A stretch of 64,000 nt of DNA from Candidatus Curtissbacteria bacterium (GTDB lineage: Bacteria > Patescibacteriota > Microgenomatia > Curtissbacterales > GWA2-41-24), in NCBI GenBank assembly GCA_030647775.1, contig JAUSJC010000010.1, positions 72,718-136,717 of the forward strand. The letters run 5' to 3'. The position numbers were made by a program, and so were the translations under genes. Under the pieces are notes generated by a model. The model was not told where the DNA came from and made no database searches. It saw only the letters and a program-made list of their open reading frames with translations. Of the stretch, positions 39,333-49,092 are shown one piece after another; the stretch's first letter is position 1, and each line of letters begins with the position of its first letter.

Positions 39333-39659
39333 ATGCAAACAAAAATTATTTTGACAACCTCTACACTTATCATCGTATCTTTGCTTGTCGGTGCATTTTA
39401 TTGGTTTGTATCGAGACCTCAAGAGATTAGAAAAAGATGTTACAGTGAAATGTCCAGTTTAAGTGTTGATATTACTAAGCCCCCTAACGAAGCTTCCAGC
39501 TCTGTTTTTACTAGTACTCTCCCGCCACTAAGTAATGTAGGTCAACAAATACTTGAAGGTAAAAAACTAATTACCGATAAAGATAAAAATAATTATTACA
39601 GATCTTGCCTCGTAAAAAATGGACTCAAGCCCGAATCGCTATATGTGAATGTAAATTGA
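39333..39659 (+). CDS. Small exported protein with a Cys pair
   Basis: TM, RPQEIRKRC...YRSCLVKNGL. Confidence 0.65.
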   Translation: MQTKIILTTSTLIIVSLLVGAFYWFVSRPQEIRKRCYSEMSSLSVDITKPPNEASSSVFTSTLPPLSNVGQQILEGKKLITDKDKNNYYRSCLVKNGLKPESLYVNVN

Positions 39660-39742
39660 GATTCCAATAAGTAAGCACAATTAGAATTTTAGTTCCCCAA
39701 ATTCCCCGCTCGATTTTGCTTTGAGTTGTCCCAAAAAGAAGC

Positions 39743-40369
39743 TTAACTGACCAATTCTCTTAGGTCTGGTACTTCTAAAACTTTTCCAAGTTCCCACTCA
39801 TTGCCATTAAAATCAAATCTCGGTATTGAATAAACGCTTCTTTGTCTTGATATTCCCCTAATAATTGGGCCCAAGCGTTGCAAGCTATTAAGCCTATCTT
39901 CGTTTCGTTTTCTGATTTGACCTTCTATTCCAGTATGTGCCGCTCCAATTACCGTTACAAGGTGGTTCAGACCTTCTACGTTTTTCATCAGCCATTCCTC
40001 TTTATGCGCGGTGATAGTTTCCCTGAGTCTTGAAGTTGGTCGAAAGGGCAAAAGGTAAATTTCTGGGAAAGCAATAAAACTCCTAATGCCTAAGTCTGCA
40101 TGATATACAGGGATTCGATACCTTTCCGCGTAATCAAGAACGCTAGAAAATTGCGGAAGAAATAGTCTGCCTAGCCCACTAAAATATTCTGGAAGCTCCT
40201 GTCCATATCTATCGGATGGCCACTCTATAACAAACGCGTCTAAATCGGGGGGAACAAAATCTAAATTTGTCCTTCGGTTGTGAGCACCATACACGATTGT
40301 GTAGACCCCTTCGGGCTTTTCGATTCGAGTAACTTTACTAGGGTCTTCTTGTCTTAAACGTTCATTCAT
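39743..40369 (-). CDS. Hypothetical protein (possible TraB/ChaN-like fold)
   Basis: YGAH...IGAAH; start MNERL at 40369 inferred from an upstream TGTTATACT. Confidence 0.55.
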   Translation of the reverse strand: MNERLRQEDPSKVTRIEKPEGVYTIVYGAHNRRTNLDFVPPDLDAFVIEWPSDRYGQELPEYFSGLGRLFLPQFSSVLDYAERYRIPVYHADLGIRSFIAFPEIYLLPFRPTSRLRETITAHKEEWLMKNVEGLNHLVTVIGAAHTGIEGQIRKRNEDRLNSLQRLGPIIRGISRQRSVYSIPRFDFNGNEWELGKVLEVPDLRELVS

Positions 40370-40463
40370 AGCAAAAGTGGAGTATAACAGGAATAGTGAG
40401 CCAATTTCAACTATAGGCCCAAATTCCCCGCTCGATTTCCGTAACTTCTGATATACTTTTCTC

Positions 40464-41312
40464 ATGTCTTGGATCGTATTGGCACTAGCTAGCGTTATAT
40501 TTTTCTCTATTTCCGCGCTGCTCCAAAAAGTCTTGATGAAAAACGACAAAAGCGACCCGTACGCCTATTCCATAATGTTTCAATTCTTAATCTGGGCTGT
40601 GGCGGCAACCGTTGTTCTTTGGACTGGCTTTGTTATGCCCCCCATTAAGACATACCCACTCAATTTCTTGTTTTCGTCTGTTATGTACGGCCTTGGAACC
40701 ATTTGTGCTTTTAAGGCGCTTAAATATATAGAAGCTTCGGAATTCACAATAATAAGCTCTGTAAAAGCTATCGTTACGATTATTTCTGCTGTTTTAATTT
40801 TGGGTGAAGTTTTTGATTACAAAAAGGCACTTGGTACCGCATTGGTTTTAATTTCTGCATATTTAGTTACCCAAAAATCCAGAAAAATAAAGTTCAACAA
40901 AGGCACCCTTTATGCTTTAGGGACTGCGCTGACGTATGGACTCGCTATTACAAACGACACATTTCTACTAAAATATTCTGAAGTATTTTCGTATCTGACA
41001 GTTGGTAATCTAATCACAGTACTTTTTGTGATTGCAATAAAACCCACAGCGGTTAAAAATTTAAACCATTTTTTCGATCTCGCGATTCTTTCCAAAATGC
41101 TTATACTCGGCATCTTATATTCTTTTGGAGCAGTCGCCTTTTATTTGGCAATTCAAAGTGGTGCAGCAGCTTCTCAAATCTCGCCGATTTTGCAGACCTC
41201 TGTAATTGTCACGGTTCTACTCGCAGCCATATTTTTGGGCGAAAGAGACAATTTGGTTAAAAAAATCGCAAGCGCTATATTGGTAACAATTGGAGTAATA
41301 CTAATTAAGTAG
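40464..41312 (+). CDS. EamA/DMT family transporter
   Basis: 10 TM segments; two repeats ending LGE. Confidence 0.88.
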   Translation: MSWIVLALASVIFFSISALLQKVLMKNDKSDPYAYSIMFQFLIWAVAATVVLWTGFVMPPIKTYPLNFLFSSVMYGLGTICAFKALKYIEASEFTIISSVKAIVTIISAVLILGEVFDYKKALGTALVLISAYLVTQKSRKIKFNKGTLYALGTALTYGLAITNDTFLLKYSEVFSYLTVGNLITVLFVIAIKPTAVKNLNHFFDLAILSKMLILGILYSFGAVAFYLAIQSGAAASQISPILQTSVIVTVLLAAIFLGERDNLVKKIASAILVTIGVILIK

Positions 41313-41355
41313 ACCCAAATTCCCCGCTCGATTTTTGCCCTGATATAATCACCTG

Positions 41356-41931
41356 ATGACAAAACTTATTTTTATCACGCATCCCGCCGTCGATGTTGAC
41401 CCCACGATTCCTATTAATCAGTGGCATGTTTCCAAAGATGGACAAAAGCAAATTGACAACCTTTTGACATTGCCCTTTTGGTCGGAAGTAGATGTGATTT
41501 ACTCAAGCCAAGAAGGGAAAGCGCTGAATACCGCGAATAAGATCAAAAGCCATTTTGACCATCTCAAATCTCCGGCACCAGAAGGAACGTTTGATCTGCA
41601 CGAAATAGACAGAAGCGCAACCGGAGTTCTTCCAAAAGACGTATACGATAAAGCGATCGAAGAATTTTACCTGTACCCCAATAAAAGTTATAAAGGATGG
41701 GAAACAGCAAACGCGGCAAAAGAGAGGATTTTTAAAGTTGTAAGCCAAATTATTGATGATAACCCCAATAAAACTGTTGCCATCGTTGGTCATGGGGCCA
41801 CCGGAACACTCTTAGCCTGCCAGATTAAAAAAATCGAACCCTCTTTTGCCGAGGATCCGCACACAAACGGCTGCATTATGGTTTACGATTGGGACGAAAA
41901 GACAATACTTTCGCCCTGGACCAAGTATTAA
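41356..41931 (+). CDS. Histidine phosphatase family protein
   Basis: FITHP (RHG variant), YSS..KA..TA and IVGHG motifs. Confidence 0.75.
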   Translation: MTKLIFITHPAVDVDPTIPINQWHVSKDGQKQIDNLLTLPFWSEVDVIYSSQEGKALNTANKIKSHFDHLKSPAPEGTFDLHEIDRSATGVLPKDVYDKAIEEFYLYPNKSYKGWETANAAKERIFKVVSQIIDDNPNKTVAIVGHGATGTLLACQIKKIEPSFAEDPHTNGCIMVYDWDEKTILSPWTKY

Positions 41932-41995
41932 AATTCCCCGCTCGATTTTTGGTCCCTTGATGAATTAATGTATAATTTATAGGAAAGGATTTAAT

Positions 41996-42187
41996 ATGTC
42001 TGCAATTGACCTTCGGAAAATCTTAAAAGAGAACAAATCTGGGTGGGTAGCTTTAACTCAAGATAACAAAAAGAAAATAGCGCAAGGTAAAACCCTCAGC
42101 GAAGTACTTAAAAAAGCCAAAGAAAAGGGAATCGAAAAGCCCAGTGTGTTTAAAGTTCCTTCTCTGGGCACTTACTATGTCGGTTAA
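41996..42187 (+). CDS. Small DUF5678-like protein
   Basis: GWVAL..IAQGKTL.EV..KA pattern. Confidence 0.6.
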   Translation: MSAIDLRKILKENKSGWVALTQDNKKKIAQGKTLSEVLKKAKEKGIEKPSVFKVPSLGTYYVG

Positions 42188-42642
42188 TGGATTTCAGCTA
42201 CACAATTGTCACTGACTGGCCTAATCATCAAGTTCGTCAACGCTATCTCCCTTGGATAAATATCGGAATTAAAAAACCTGGCAAAGAAGACACAATTTGG
42301 CCATTGGGACTTGTAGATTCCGGTGCGGAAATAACTATTTTAGATAGAGAAATCGGAGAAGAACTGGGATTTAACTTTAAAAAAGCGGCGAGAGACATAA
42401 TCACCGGTTTTGGTGGGGGTAAAGTAGAAGTGTTTCTTCTGCAAGCGGAATTCGTCATCGATGATAATAGTGGGAAGGAACCTATTATATATAAAGATTT
42501 GTTAGGATTTACAAAAGGCCAATTCCCTCAAACCCATCCACAGCAAACTGCCATATTTGGAACCATAGGTTTATTTAGAAATGCTCAAGTTAATTTTCGG
42601 TATCCGACTAATATTCATATAGAACAATTCAAAGCGAAATAA
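42187..42642 (+). CDS. Retropepsin-like aspartic protease
   Basis: LVDSGA, ITGFGG flap and IFG motifs. Confidence 0.75.
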   Translation: MDFSYTIVTDWPNHQVRQRYLPWINIGIKKPGKEDTIWPLGLVDSGAEITILDREIGEELGFNFKKAARDIITGFGGGKVEVFLLQAEFVIDDNSGKEPIIYKDLLGFTKGQFPQTHPQQTAIFGTIGLFRNAQVNFRYPTNIHIEQFKAK

Positions 42643-42692
42643 TTTCCCCCAAATTCCCCGCTCGCGATATTTGCTTTTGATATAATCTCTTC

Positions 42693-43418
42693 ATGCAAAG
42701 CTTCACTTTTAATAGCGATAATCTCAAATTAGATGGGGCGCTTTTTTATCCCCCGATTAAAAAGGTTAAACACCCTGCTATTCTTTTTGTTCATGGTTGG
42801 ACGAGCGCGAAAGAAAGAAGTTTTCAGTATGCAGAAGCGCTCGCTGATTTAGGTTACATCTGCTTATTGTTTGACATGAGGGGTCACGGAACAAGCGAAG
42901 GCGATATTAATGCTTCTACTTTCAAAGACTTTCTAGAGGATGTTATGAGCGCCTACGATTATCTTTTAGGGACGAGCGGCGTTAATCCGGAGAATATCAG
43001 CTCCGTGGGATCAAGTTTTGGTGGATATCTTGTGGCCCTTCTTTCCTCAAAAAGAAAAGTAAAGAATTTAGTATTACGTGTACCGGCAGATTACCCTAAC
43101 GAATCGTTTAATGATCTTAAAAAATTATATAGTGGCGATGATCCGGAAGCAGTGAACTGGCGAAATCAGTCAAGGAAATCAACCGAAACATACGCGCTTG
43201 AAGCACTGAATAATTTTAAAGGCGATATCTTGATTATTGAATCAGAAAAAGATGATACAGTTCCTCATCAAACAATTGTAAATTATATAAACGCAGTCAA
43301 AGACAAAAACAGATTAACTCATATCGTTATGAAAGATGCCCCACACAGTTTAAAAGAAGGTAAATTTAGAGATGAGGTTGGGCGAATACTTGCTAAGTGG
43401 TTTCAAAATAAATCCTGA
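42693..43418 (+). CDS. Alpha/beta hydrolase
   Basis: HGW, DMRGHG, GSSFGG nucleophile elbow, D and H triad residues. Confidence 0.9.
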   Translation: MQSFTFNSDNLKLDGALFYPPIKKVKHPAILFVHGWTSAKERSFQYAEALADLGYICLLFDMRGHGTSEGDINASTFKDFLEDVMSAYDYLLGTSGVNPENISSVGSSFGGYLVALLSSKRKVKNLVLRVPADYPNESFNDLKKLYSGDDPEAVNWRNQSRKSTETYALEALNNFKGDILIIESEKDDTVPHQTIVNYINAVKDKNRLTHIVMKDAPHSLKEGKFRDEVGRILAKWFQNKS

Positions 43419-43452
43419 CGTTTTTCGTTAGGCGCCCCAAATTCCCCGCCAT

Positions 43453-44406
43453 TTATATTTCCATTATCCAGTCTTTAAATTTATTCGCGTAAGAAAAGTC
43501 AGGCGAAGAAATCAAGGATTCGTCCAAAAATCCGCCGATTGCCCGCGCCGCAAAAATAACTTTCAATTTTTCAACCTTATAACCCTTCGCCAAAAGCATG
43601 GAGAATATCTTTTGGGCCAGTGGCGGATTTTGAACTACGCTAAAGACCCGCTGGATAAAATAACCGATATCATATCCCTCTACACCCCCTGCCATGGCGT
43701 GCTCGCCATCGATTAACCCCAGTTGCCCGGTTTTGAGTTTAAAAAGGTGCCATGGCGTAAAATCTCCATGCCGTGGTCTCATTTCTAATTTGTCAACACC
43801 ATCCGCGACAATTCTAAGTAGTCCCTCTAAGCCGTACTCGTTTCTTATATCCACCGGTACGTTTTCAAACCACGATTTGGTTTTATTAACAAACCTGGCT
43901 TTGTAATCTTGGTCCCCGTAGAATATTTCTGTTAAATTTTCAAACTTGAGCTCGCCAATAAACTCTGAAAAATCAATAATTTCCCGGAGGCTGTTTACTA
44001 AAACATCGGAAGTTTCTCCGGCTTTAGGCCTTTGCACTAAAAGTTCGCCTTCGAAATTATCTGTTATAAGATAAAAAAGTTTACTTTGCCAGATTCCGCT
44101 ATCGAAGTTCTGCGGTACCCAAAAGCCTGATTTTCGTCTTTCAACCTGCTTATTGAAAGCACTGTTCCAGTCTTTTTCAATCTTTGTAACCTCGCTTATT
44201 CCTTCTGTCGTTGCCAGCTTTAAAAATAAAACCTGTCCGGATTTTTCAAGTTCCCCAAGAACATGCCTGCCGCCTGCCCAAATCCTCCTGACTTTATATT
44301 TACTTTCAAAAAATTCCCGCGCCTTTTGTAAATCTAACTTGGCGCTTTGCCGATAATCCAGGGTTTTATCGTTTATTTTAATTTTGAAAGCGCTGATTTT
44401 TTGCAT
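43453..44406 (-). CDS. APH/choline kinase-like phosphotransferase
   Basis: FLK, HGDFTPWH and IDGE motifs. Confidence 0.75.
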   Translation of the reverse strand: MQKISAFKIKINDKTLDYRQSAKLDLQKAREFFESKYKVRRIWAGGRHVLGELEKSGQVLFLKLATTEGISEVTKIEKDWNSAFNKQVERRKSGFWVPQNFDSGIWQSKLFYLITDNFEGELLVQRPKAGETSDVLVNSLREIIDFSEFIGELKFENLTEIFYGDQDYKARFVNKTKSWFENVPVDIRNEYGLEGLLRIVADGVDKLEMRPRHGDFTPWHLFKLKTGQLGLIDGEHAMAGGVEGYDIGYFIQRVFSVVQNPPLAQKIFSMLLAKGYKVEKLKVIFAARAIGGFLDESLISSPDFSYANKFKDWIMEI

Positions 44407-44445
44407 TCGGCTTCCTTAATTATATCTATGGTATAAAATATATTT

Positions 44446-44583
44446 ATGATCGTCAAAGTTAAAGAAGGTTGGCGCGTCGTTGCCGAAAGCGGCCGCAACA
44501 TGGGCACTTACAAGAAAAAAGAGGACGCCGAAAAACGGCTTAAACAAATTGAAATGTTTAAGCACATGAAGAAAAAATGGTAA
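44446..44583 (+). CDS. 45-aa small basic protein
   Basis: Manual translation MIVKVKEGWRVVAESGRNMGTYKKKEDAEKRLKQIEMFKHMKKKW; upstream -10-like box; below the ORF track cutoff. Confidence 0.7.
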   Translation: MIVKVKEGWRVVAESGRNMGTYKKKEDAEKRLKQIEMFKHMKKKW

Positions 44584-44584
44584 T

Positions 44585-44662
44585 TTGACTCACCGGCATT
44601 CTTTTGCTAGAATTCCCTTTAGATTTTAGGTACTCGGAATGAGGCGCGTATGCGCCTTTTTT
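44585..44662 (+). promoter_or_regulatory. nusA promoter with leader terminator
   Basis: TTGACT-17-TAGAAT with TG extension; AGGCGC..GCGCCT stem followed by a T tract at 44642-44662. Confidence 0.6.
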
Positions 44663-44781
44663 TGAATAAGAATTATATCTAAACTTAATTTTAAATTTGG
44701 CTTTGCCAATTAAAAATTGTCCAATAAAGGAAAGAGGAATATTAAGGAGAAAACCGTAGGTTGTCTCCTTAAAGTGAAATC

Positions 44782-46137
44782 ATGGCAATACAACAAAGAA
44801 GTGAATTTGCGTCAGCTCTAAACCAGGTTTGTTCCGAGCGCGGAATCGAACCGGCAGTGGTTATCGACTCCATAAAACAGGCAATTCTGGCGGCCTACCG
44901 CAAAGATTACGGCGAACCCGAAGGTATTGAGGTCGAGATCAACGAGGTTAGCGGCGAGGTTACCCTCAAAAAGGATAAAGAAATTGTCACTCCTCCGGGC
45001 TTTGGCCGCATTGCCGCCCAAACCGCCAAACAGGTAATCTTACAAAGGATCAGGGAAGCGGAAAAAGAAGCCATCATGGGTGAATATTCTTCCAAAGTCG
45101 GCACCGTAGTTTCCGGAGTAATCCAGCGCATTTCCGGCCCGATTGTCACTATCAGTCTTGGTAAAGCCGAAAGTATTATGCCCCCGCCGGAACAGGCTCG
45201 CGGCGAAAAATATTATGTCAACCAACGCCTGAAATTTTATATTGTCGGTATCAAAGAAGGTATGCATGGCGAAGAAATCATCGTTTCCCGTTCGGCAAAC
45301 GGTCTTCTGGAAGGTTTATTCAAACAGGAAGTACCGGAAATGGCTTCTGGCGCAGTCGAGGTTAAGGCTATGGCCCGTGAAGCCGGATCGCGTTCTAAAA
45401 TTGCCGTTGCTTCCGGGCAGCTTGGTGTCGACCCGGTCGGTTCTTGTGTCGGCCAAAAAGGCGTCCGCGTGCAGGCAGTAATCAACGAACTCGGCGACGA
45501 AAAAATCGACGTTATTGCTTATCAGGAAGACTTGGCGCAGTTTATACAAGCCGCGCTTTCTCCGGCTAAAGACCTGCAGGTTAAAATCGACGAAAAAACA
45601 AAAGTCGCCGAAGTGACGGCGCCCGACGACCAGCTTTCTTTGGCTATCGGTAAAGAAGGCCAAAACGTGCGCTTGGCGGCCAAACTGACCGGTTACAAAA
45701 TTGACATTCGCGGCAAAAGTGGTACACCTAGAGAAGTAGAAGCCAAAGGGAAAGCCGCGCAGGAAGAAGCCAGAAAAGCCTTTGGAGTTACAGAAGAGTC
45801 GAGGGAGCCAAAGGTCGAAAACACTGAGCAAGCTACAGCCCTGAGCTCGTCGAAGGTCGAAGACCATGAGCGTAGTCGAATGGGTCGAAGTGCAGACGAT
45901 CAGGCTAAGATAGCGCAAGTCCCGTCAGGCGATGGTCAACCAAAAACTGACGAGGTTCCGGTAGGAGACACAGAGCCATTAATTTCGAGTAAACGAGAAA
46001 TAAGCTCTCTTATCGCCGATGCCGAAGAGAAAAAAGAAGAGGAAGAGGCAGAAAAAGTAGCAGAAGAAATCAAAGTTAAGCCGGAAAAAGCAGAAGAAAA
46101 TGAATCAAAACCAGATTCATCAGACGATCAACCGTAA
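44782..46137 (+). CDS. nusA: Transcription factor NusA
   Basis: FGRIAAQTAKQVI, AREAGSRSK and GQNVRLA motifs; acidic tail contains repeats. Confidence 0.97.
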   Translation: MAIQQRSEFASALNQVCSERGIEPAVVIDSIKQAILAAYRKDYGEPEGIEVEINEVSGEVTLKKDKEIVTPPGFGRIAAQTAKQVILQRIREAEKEAIMGEYSSKVGTVVSGVIQRISGPIVTISLGKAESIMPPPEQARGEKYYVNQRLKFYIVGIKEGMHGEEIIVSRSANGLLEGLFKQEVPEMASGAVEVKAMAREAGSRSKIAVASGQLGVDPVGSCVGQKGVRVQAVINELGDEKIDVIAYQEDLAQFIQAALSPAKDLQVKIDEKTKVAEVTAPDDQLSLAIGKEGQNVRLAAKLTGYKIDIRGKSGTPREVEAKGKAAQEEARKAFGVTEESREPKVENTEQATALSSSKVEDHERSRMGRSADDQAKIAQVPSGDGQPKTDEVPVGDTEPLISSKREISSLIADAEEKKEEEEAEKVAEEIKVKPEKAEENESKPDSSDDQP

Positions 46138-46168
46138 ATGAAACGCTTGTCGTCTCAAACAAAAAAAT

Positions 46169-47593
46169 ATGGACACAGACAAAAAAAACAATTTCAGGCC
46201 GCCGGTTGTATCGATTTTAGGTCACGTTGACCACGGTAAAACCACCCTCCTTGACGCAATCCGCAAAACCAACGTTGCCGCCGGCGAACACGGCGGTATT
46301 ACCCAGCATATTGGTGCTTATCAAATAGAGGCAAACGATCAACTCATCACGTTTGTAGATACTCCCGGCCACGCCGCGTTTGAAAAAATGCGCTCCCGCG
46401 GTGCCGAGGTCGCCGATATCGTTATTCTGGTTGTTGCCGCCGGCGACGGGGTTAAACCCCAGACGATTGAAGCCATTAAACATATCCAAAACGCCAAAAA
46501 GCCGGTGATTGTTGCTATTACCAAAGTCGATTTACCAGACGTCAATATAGACAAAGTCAAAAAAGAGCTCCAGACGGCCGGTATTACTGTTGAAGAATAC
46601 GGCGGTGAGGCGCCGGTTGTCCAGGTTGCCGCGCCAAAAGGCAAGGGGATAGCCGAGCTTCTGGAGGTAATCGGCCTTGTCTGGCAGTTAAATCCCCAGC
46701 AGTCCGAATCAAATGCGCCCCTTGAGGCAATAGTCGTCGAATCAAAAATGGACAAAAACCGCGGCCCTGTTGTTACGGTTATTGTTAAAAAAGGTACGCT
46801 TTCCATTGGGCAAAAAATCATCGTTAACGGCGAGACGATTTCGGTTAAAGCCTTAATTGACGATCACGGCAATAACGTCAAATTAGCCGAGCCCGGTATG
46901 CCGGTCGAGATTTTGGGATTCAAAAAAACCTTGGATGTCGGCAGTATTGTTTCAGATACCATCACCAAGGTATATGAAAGCGTGCTGCCTGCCTCTTATG
47001 CCGATATTATCGCCAAAGCCCAGCAGTCCAAAGATAAATTTAAGGTAATAATCAAAGCCGACGTCTTAGGGTCTCTCGAAGCGGTTCTTGCCAATCTGCC
47101 GGAAAATATCCTCGTTCTCTCGTCCTCTGTCGGTGAAATCAACGAAAGTGATATTGCTTTCGCCAAAACCGCCGGAGTACCGATAATCGCTTTCGGGTTT
47201 AAAGCAAACCCGAAAATCGTCTCCCAAGCCGGGAGGGATGGCGTTCTTGTTCGAAATTACAATGTAATTTACGAACTCTTAGACGATCTTACCGATGTTG
47301 CTCTTGGTTTCCAAGCCGCTAAAGAAGAGGCCAAAGTTAAGGGCCGGGCTAAAGTTGTGGCCACCTTTGATATCGAAGGCAAAAAAATTGCCGGTTGTAT
47401 GGTAACGTTTGGCCGCCTCAAAATTGGCGACGAAGTTTACCTAAAAGACAAAAATGAAAAAGTTGCCAAGATCGTTTCAATCAAAAGGTTTAAAAAAGAC
47501 GTAGAAACAATAGCAAATGGTCAGGATTGCGGAATTCTCTTTGCCCCGATTCTTGACTTTAAAGAAGGCGACATACTAGAATCATTGGGTTAA
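46169..47593 (+). CDS. infB: Translation initiation factor IF-2 (short, no N-domain)
   Basis: [24 protein letters not shown] and DTPGHAAF motifs. Confidence 0.95.
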   Translation: MDTDKKNNFRPPVVSILGHVDHGKTTLLDAIRKTNVAAGEHGGITQHIGAYQIEANDQLITFVDTPGHAAFEKMRSRGAEVADIVILVVAAGDGVKPQTIEAIKHIQNAKKPVIVAITKVDLPDVNIDKVKKELQTAGITVEEYGGEAPVVQVAAPKGKGIAELLEVIGLVWQLNPQQSESNAPLEAIVVESKMDKNRGPVVTVIVKKGTLSIGQKIIVNGETISVKALIDDHGNNVKLAEPGMPVEILGFKKTLDVGSIVSDTITKVYESVLPASYADIIAKAQQSKDKFKVIIKADVLGSLEAVLANLPENILVLSSSVGEINESDIAFAKTAGVPIIAFGFKANPKIVSQAGRDGVLVRNYNVIYELLDDLTDVALGFQAAKEEAKVKGRAKVVATFDIEGKKIAGCMVTFGRLKIGDEVYLKDKNEKVAKIVSIKRFKKDVETIANGQDCGILFAPILDFKEGDILESLG

Positions 47594-47622
47594 AAAGTTA
47601 TCTGCACTGATTTTTTACTCAA

Positions 47623-48597
47623 ATGGATCAAAACTCTAAACAAAAAACCCTCGATAATTTAACAAAGGCCGAAATCATCCTAGTTGCCGTATCGGAAAAT
47701 GCCGGTTTTGACGGCATGGCAGCGGGCCTTGCCCTTTATCTTTCTTGTCTTAAGCTTGGCAAAAACACGGCTGTTCAAGCCAAAAACCCGTCTGTTGATG
47801 ATGCCCAAAGGCTTTACGGTGTAGATAAGATTGGCCGCATAGAAGGAAGCAAAAATCTCGTCATTGTTGTTAACGATGCAGTCGAAAACGTTGACAAGGT
47901 TACTTATTCACTTGAGGGTACAAAACTCAAAATAGTTGTCCATCCTTTCCCAGGCGCCAAAAATGTCAACCGCCACCAAATTTCTTTTGAGGAGACTTCT
48001 ACAAAACCCAATTTAGTTTTTGCAGTAGGTTTCCAAACACAAGAAGAATTGAATCAAGTTATTGCTCATGAGCAAAATTTAGACCCAACCATCTGGATTA
48101 TCAATATTAACAAGCAGGACGTAGGCCAATTGTCCGCTCAAGTTAGCGCCAATAATTCCCAAGCCGCTTCGATTTGTGAAGTTACGGCCCAAATTTTCCA
48201 ACAGCTTGCCCTGCCGCTGGACGAAGACATTGCTTACAACCTTTATGCCGGTGTTGCCCAAGCCACGAATTATTTTTCCCCAAGCCTGGCAAGCCCTTTA
48301 AGCTTTGAAACGGCTTCGTGGCTTTTGAAATTCGGCGCCGGCCGGGCAAGTTTTGCCAAGGGGCAAAGTTCCCAGTTATCTATGCCAAAACCGCAAATGC
48401 CTCCGCTGGAAGAATCGGATATTGCCGCAGGCGGACAGTTCCAAAATCCTAACCCCTTTGACCAGCCGCCGATTGAGCAAGTTGAAAGGTCAAAGACCCT
48501 GAGCCCAGTCGAAGGGCCGAAGGCTACTACGCAGGAAAATTGGCTAAAGCCGCCCAAAGTTTATAGAGGTTCCAAATCCTTTGACAGCGAGAAGTAA
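47623..48597 (+). CDS. Degenerate DHH/NrnA-like protein
   Basis: DGMAAGLAL, ASICE and LYAG..AT..F resemble the DHH fold, but the DHH residues are absent. Confidence 0.6.
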   Translation: MDQNSKQKTLDNLTKAEIILVAVSENAGFDGMAAGLALYLSCLKLGKNTAVQAKNPSVDDAQRLYGVDKIGRIEGSKNLVIVVNDAVENVDKVTYSLEGTKLKIVVHPFPGAKNVNRHQISFEETSTKPNLVFAVGFQTQEELNQVIAHEQNLDPTIWIININKQDVGQLSAQVSANNSQAASICEVTAQIFQQLALPLDEDIAYNLYAGVAQATNYFSPSLASPLSFETASWLLKFGAGRASFAKGQSSQLSMPKPQMPPLEESDIAAGGQFQNPNPFDQPPIEQVERSKTLSPVEGPKATTQENWLKPPKVYRGSKSFDSEK

Positions 48598-48752
48598 ATA
48601 CCGCTCGTCATTGCGAGGAGTTCTGCATTGCAGGGCGACGAAGCAATCTCAAAACAGATTGCCGCGCTCATTTCATTCGCTCGCAAGGACAATAGTAGTT
48701 TTTGACAGGGAGAATTAACTTAGTGTATTATCTAATCTCTAAACGTTAACCC

Positions 48753-49019
48753 ATGGCCCAAGCATCGGCAAAAAAACAAGTAATAGATAAATTCGCAACC
48801 CACGAAGGTGACACAGGCTCGCCGGAGGTCCAAGTCGCGCTTCTTAGTCAACGAATCGAAAACGTTTCGGGCCACCTGAAATCCCACGGCCACGACGACC
48901 ATTCCCGCCGCGGGCTTCTTTCCATGATCAACCATCGCCGTCGCCTTTTGCATTACCTAATGAGCAAAGCCCCTGATAGATACAAGGATATAATCGGCAA
49001 ACTCGGTCTTCCCAAGTAA
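48753..49019 (+). CDS. rpsO: 30S ribosomal protein S15
   Basis: DTGSPEVQVALL and DDHSRRGLL motifs. Confidence 0.97.
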   Translation: MAQASAKKQVIDKFATHEGDTGSPEVQVALLSQRIENVSGHLKSHGHDDHSRRGLLSMINHRRRLLHYLMSKAPDRYKDIIGKLGLPK

Positions 49020-49092
49020 TATCCTTGCGCTCCTCGTCCTTCGGACTGCTGGGCTAAAAGATATGATCGGCAAACTTGGTTTGCCAAAATAG
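49019..49092 (-). mobile_element. TAG..CGC hairpin element plus a second copy of the rpsO 3' end
   Basis: Element 49027-49056 on the minus strand; KDMIGKLGLPK* at 49057-49092 on the plus strand. Confidence 0.85.

Larger units (their letters stand above)
39286..43449 (+). repeat. Seven direct repeats CCCAAATTCCCCGCTCGATTT delimiting gene cassettes
   Basis: Copies at 39286, 39695, 40418, 41314, 41931, 42647 and 43435. Confidence 0.9.

Noticed and set aside
39286-43449. CRISPR array interpretation of the 21-bp direct repeats
   Set aside because: Spacing is 400-900 bp and contains whole genes; no cas genes in the window.
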